A stretch of 63,980 nt of DNA, counting the filler, from Fonticula-like sp. SCN 57-25 (taxonomy: Eukaryota), in the NCBI GenBank assembly GCA_001724245.1. It is 9 parts of 9 records of this genome, joined end to end, with 100 filler letters (N's around TTAATTAATTAA, not from the genome) between each part and the next. Parts side by side here need not be neighbours in the genome. Positions count along the whole stretch, not along the records: positions 57,712 to 63,980 come from MEDX01000465.1; 8 more parts are not named here. One strand, given 5' to 3'. The number at the start of each line of letters is the position of its first letter. The first letter of the stretch is position 1. The notes under the pieces are model-generated. The model made no database searches, had not been told where the DNA came from, and saw only the letters and a program-made list of their open reading frames with translations. The position numbers were made by a program, and so were the translations under genes. Positions 60,701 to 63,980 of this stretch are shown here, piece by piece.

Positions 60701-61906
60701 CCTCGTAGCAATGGCAAGTTCGGCCTCAATATCCTTCTTGGCATCGAGCTCGTCCTTGAGCTGTGCACGGGTCTGCTCAAGGTCGCGTTTCAATTCTCCG
60801 ACGAGCTTGTCGCGAGCAGCCAAATCCGCAACGAATGTCGCGCGCGCATCCGCAAGGTCACTGATCGCTTTCTCCTTATCAGCATGCTCCACCGCAAACT
60901 GTTGATCCAAACGCTCAAGCTTCACTTCAAGCGTACTGTTCACGCTGAGCGACCGCTGCAGATCAATATCAATGCGCTCACGTTCGCTTCGAGCAAGACG
61001 AAGATCGTTTTCAGCGCGGTGAAGTTCATCCTGAGTTGCTGCGAGCTGGGCTTTCGACTCTTCAAGTTGAAGTTCTTGTAGTTTCACCCTCGCAGTACTC
61101 GCTTCATGGTCCTCACTCAGCCGCGAAATCTCGTCAAGCAAAGATTTCAGCATAGCAGCGTGCTCCTCCTGAGTCTTATCTATGTCGTCCAGCAACTGTG
61201 CCTTTTCGCGTTCAACCTCGTCCACTCTCTCCTTACATTCGTCCTACAAACGAACAGAGGGTGAGCGGGGTCCGTCGTTAAACAGTTGTAGCACAAAAGA
61301 CAAACCTCTTTTTGCCTGATGGCATCACTATAGCGTTGCCTCTCCTCCTCTAACTCGAGCTACGCTCAGCGTAAGTACAAAGAGTGTACCGTATTGAAAA
61401 CGGCGCGCACCTCCATGTCTTCGTCATGCTGAAGGTCCCTGTCCTTAAACTGCTCCAGTCTCCGCTTCAGTAGCATAATTTCCTGGTTCTGAAGCTTATC
61501 AAGGCGCTCCATGAGGATGAATCCTGGCCCCAAGTTGTCCTCTGTAGTTCGGTAATGGTCAATGTCGCGTCGGAGCCTATCGATTTCACCGTCGTCGGAA
61601 AAATTGCGAGCCGGAAGAGGTGTTGCATTTGTCACGTCGGGCGCGTTGAATGCACGCCGGGTCGCAGAGGGAAGAAGCATGCTGGTGTCGTTAAAAAGGG
61701 ACATATCGGCATCTGTCGCCTCTGGCAAAAAACCACGTCCGAGCCTGGTGGACTGGTGCGCAGGGGTGACGGGCCCAGACTTGGCTCTCACGCGGTCAAA
61801 CTGTTCAGGCAAACAGATCGTTAGGAGGGCAACAAAAGAAGAAAAAGGCCAGCACCATCTCCTTGCCCCGCAAGACCTTATCCTCCCGCGAGTCGTCTCC
61901 GCTCAT
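57774..61906 (-). CDS. Long coiled-coil centrosome/SPB protein with C-terminal PACT-like domain (pericentrin/Pcp1/Spc110-like), multi-exon
   Basis: More than 800 aa of heptad-rich sequence; C-terminal LRLRAEIEAGFGEDLRFQKKYLL...RWRVLRAYLRAAYRLK resembles PACT (KALxYQKKYLL...RFR...A..RM). Confidence 0.7.
59550..60720. repeat. Intragenic coding tandem repeats, ~62-aa and ~47-aa units
   Basis: Recurrent ELAxxKxxLxGEGxAKxxLAxExxQLRQQLxEERAAKEKAIEDL. 60074-60205 and 60401-60532 are identical except for 2 nt (offset 327 bp). Confidence 0.9.
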
Positions 61907-62365
61907 GGTCACGGCGGCCGTTTGGCGGGAGACGTTTGCGGGTACCAGCTGCAACGGTAAGTTCGTTTGCAAACTGCAAACTGAGGATCAAACTGCAAAC
62001 TGGCAAACCGGATAAGGAGGTTGTGCAGCTGATTAGGCAAATTTGTCATCAGATCACGTGGCCCGAGCACGGCGGCCGAGAGTGCAGCGTGTATTTGAAA
62101 TCACTGCTGCGCACTTGACGTGGAACGACAGGGTCTGGGCGTCCTCTCTCGCGTTAATTTTTTAGTATTTTGTTGCCGAGGGGTATCCACTCTTCTTCGA
62201 GAAATCGTTTCGTCGTGGACGCGTGGTCTCCGTGTTGTCTCTCTGGTTCGTCCATCTGAAACTACTGTGCTAGTCATCTTGGGTCCTCCACACCACTGTA
62301 AATTGGCCCCCTTCCTCGTCCCGCCTCCGTGACACTCCATCTTGCCATTTTTCGTCTTTTATAAA

Positions 62366-63980
62366 ATGCCAGACACGTGCCGTCCCGGCTCGGTTTCCCC
62401 CAGCCTCTCTGCGAGCAGCCTTGTGGAAACACGACTTCCGACCGATCACGGCAACTTTTCAATCAGGGTACGCCCATTTTGTTCCTCTGGTCGCTGGAGT
62501 TCAAATACCAACGTCGTGTTATTTTTTAGTTGTATGCGAATGATCACGACCGGAAGGATCACGTAGCGCTCATTGCTGGCGATCTTGCTGGTGCTATTGC
62601 GCGCGGCGATCCGATCCATGTTCGTCTCCACTCCGAGTGCCTTACAGGCGACATCTTCCACTCCCGGCGTTGCGACTGCGGCGAGCAGCTGCGGGCCGCG
62701 ATGGACTATGTTTCGAACGTGGGCGTCGGTGTTGTTCTGTACCTTCGCCAGGAGGGTCGCGGCATTGGCCTTTTGGACAAGCTCCGCGCGTACAACCTTC
62801 AAGACCAAGGTCACGACACAGTCGAGTCGAACCTCCGCCTCGGCCACCAGGCGGACGAGCGCGATTATACTGGCGCTGCTCTCATCCTCTCCGAGCTCAA
62901 CATCACTCACGTGCGCCTGCTGACCAACAACCCCGCCAAGGTCGACCACCTGCTTCGCCTAGGCGTGCCGCGCGTCGAGCGCGTCCCTCTTCAGGCGGTC
63001 GGCATCTACGCCGACAACTTTGCCTACCTCAAGACCAAGGTTGTGCGCATGAACCACATGATCACGAATCTCGACCAGTACGGCGCGCTTGATCAGGCCG
63101 TGCGCAAGGGTCGCAAGGAGCACGACAATGGCAAGACGGACGACCTGGCGCGGTCTGCAGATTCGAGCGAGGCGAGCAGCAATATCACCGCGGACGACTT
63201 TGTAGAACGTACTCTTAGCGACATTGAGCGCACAAGCGGCATTGATTCTGCGTCTCTCTCTTCGTCGCTCATGCGCCTCGTCAACGAGGCGGAGGCGCTC
63301 GTCGCCGATATGTCGGCGCTCTTCCCCCCGACGACAACAGGCGCGGCCGACATGTCTGCACCCCAGCGCCCCTTTGTTACGGCGACGTGGGCACAGAGCC
63401 TGAACGGCGCTGTTGCTGCGCCGGACGGCGGACCTCTTGCGCTTAGCGGTCCGGTATCGTCTGTGATGACTCATCGGATGCGCGCTGCGCACGACGCAAT
63501 CCTCGTGGGCGTGCGCACGGTGTTGGCTGACAATCCGCGGCTCACGGCGCGGCCGCACCCCAACGTGCACGCGCGCCAGCCTCGAGTCGTAGTGCTCGAC
63601 GCGCTTCTGCGCACCCCCGCGACTGCAGCGCTGTTGGCCAAGGTCGATGGACGCGCCGCAGCTGTCTTGTTCTGCGGGCCGCGCGCAACCGAAGAGCGGC
63701 GACGCGCGCTGCAGGCCGAGGGTGCAGTTGTAGAGGTCGTCGACGAAGATGCCGCTGGGTTACTCAATATCCATGCCGTGCTTGCGCGGCTCGCGGCACT
63801 CGGAGTGTCGTCCGTCATGGTCGAGGGCGGGCCTTCCGTGCTGAGATCGTTCGCTGACGCGCGCGTTGTCGATCGAGTAATCATGACAATTGCGCCTCGG
63901 TTTGTGGCGGGAAGCGACAGGAGAGTTGACCTCACTGGTATCTCGTTTAAGGAGCCTGTCGTCCACCACACGCTGGGACA
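62366..63980 (+). CDS. Riboflavin biosynthesis fusion: GTP cyclohydrolase II (RibA/Rib1) + RibD_C/Rib7 reductase, open at window end
   Basis: After intron 62468-62530: VRLHSECLTGDIFHSRRCDCGEQL...YLRQEGRGIGLLDKLRAYNLQDQGHDTVESN...LLTNNPAK...YLKTK. Continues in frame without stop to RPFVTATWAQSLNG...HRMRAAHDAILVGVRTVLADNPRLT...SVMVEGG. Confidence 0.9.

Overview
Eukaryotic nuclear DNA, probably from an early-diverging fungus or related opisthokont protist (inference). Coding regions are GC-rich, and the many short GT-AG introns have GTACG/GTGCG donors and CTAAC/CTGAC branch points. The window is not one locus: it is nine unrelated ~7.1-kb contigs sorted by decreasing length and joined by artificial 100-nt N44-TTAATTAATTAA-N44 linkers, so adjacency across linkers means nothing. 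Housekeeping genes recognised: Timeless/Tof1, VWA8, PKA catalytic subunit, SMC2, Sec7/BIG ARF-GEF, PIN4, ERCC8/CSA, ISCA1, an MFS sugar porter, a CaMKK/Sak1-like kinase, ZPR1, TOP2, COMMD3, eL42, JMJD8, ELP4, eIF3b, a PACT-domain coiled-coil protein and a RibA-Rib7 fusion. The best candidate for an undescribed system is an expanded, fast-evolving WD40-(coiled coil)-SAM-SAM gene family with five members on three of the nine contigs, three of them in tandem. In the copy traced in full, the WD40 blades sit mostly one per exon between phase-0 introns; the tandem copies are recombinant mosaics, and one has exonised an intron. This resembles a diversifying sensor/oligomerisation receptor family. Other unusual signals: a six-unit palindromic repeat-spacer array beside one family member; strong over-representation of CACGTG in PKA introns and poorly conserved coding DNA; an esterase D homologue lacking its catalytic Ser and His; JMJD8 and ELP4 coding sequences overlapping head-to-head; an unannotated SMIM30-like microprotein; and a PIF/Harbinger remnant.
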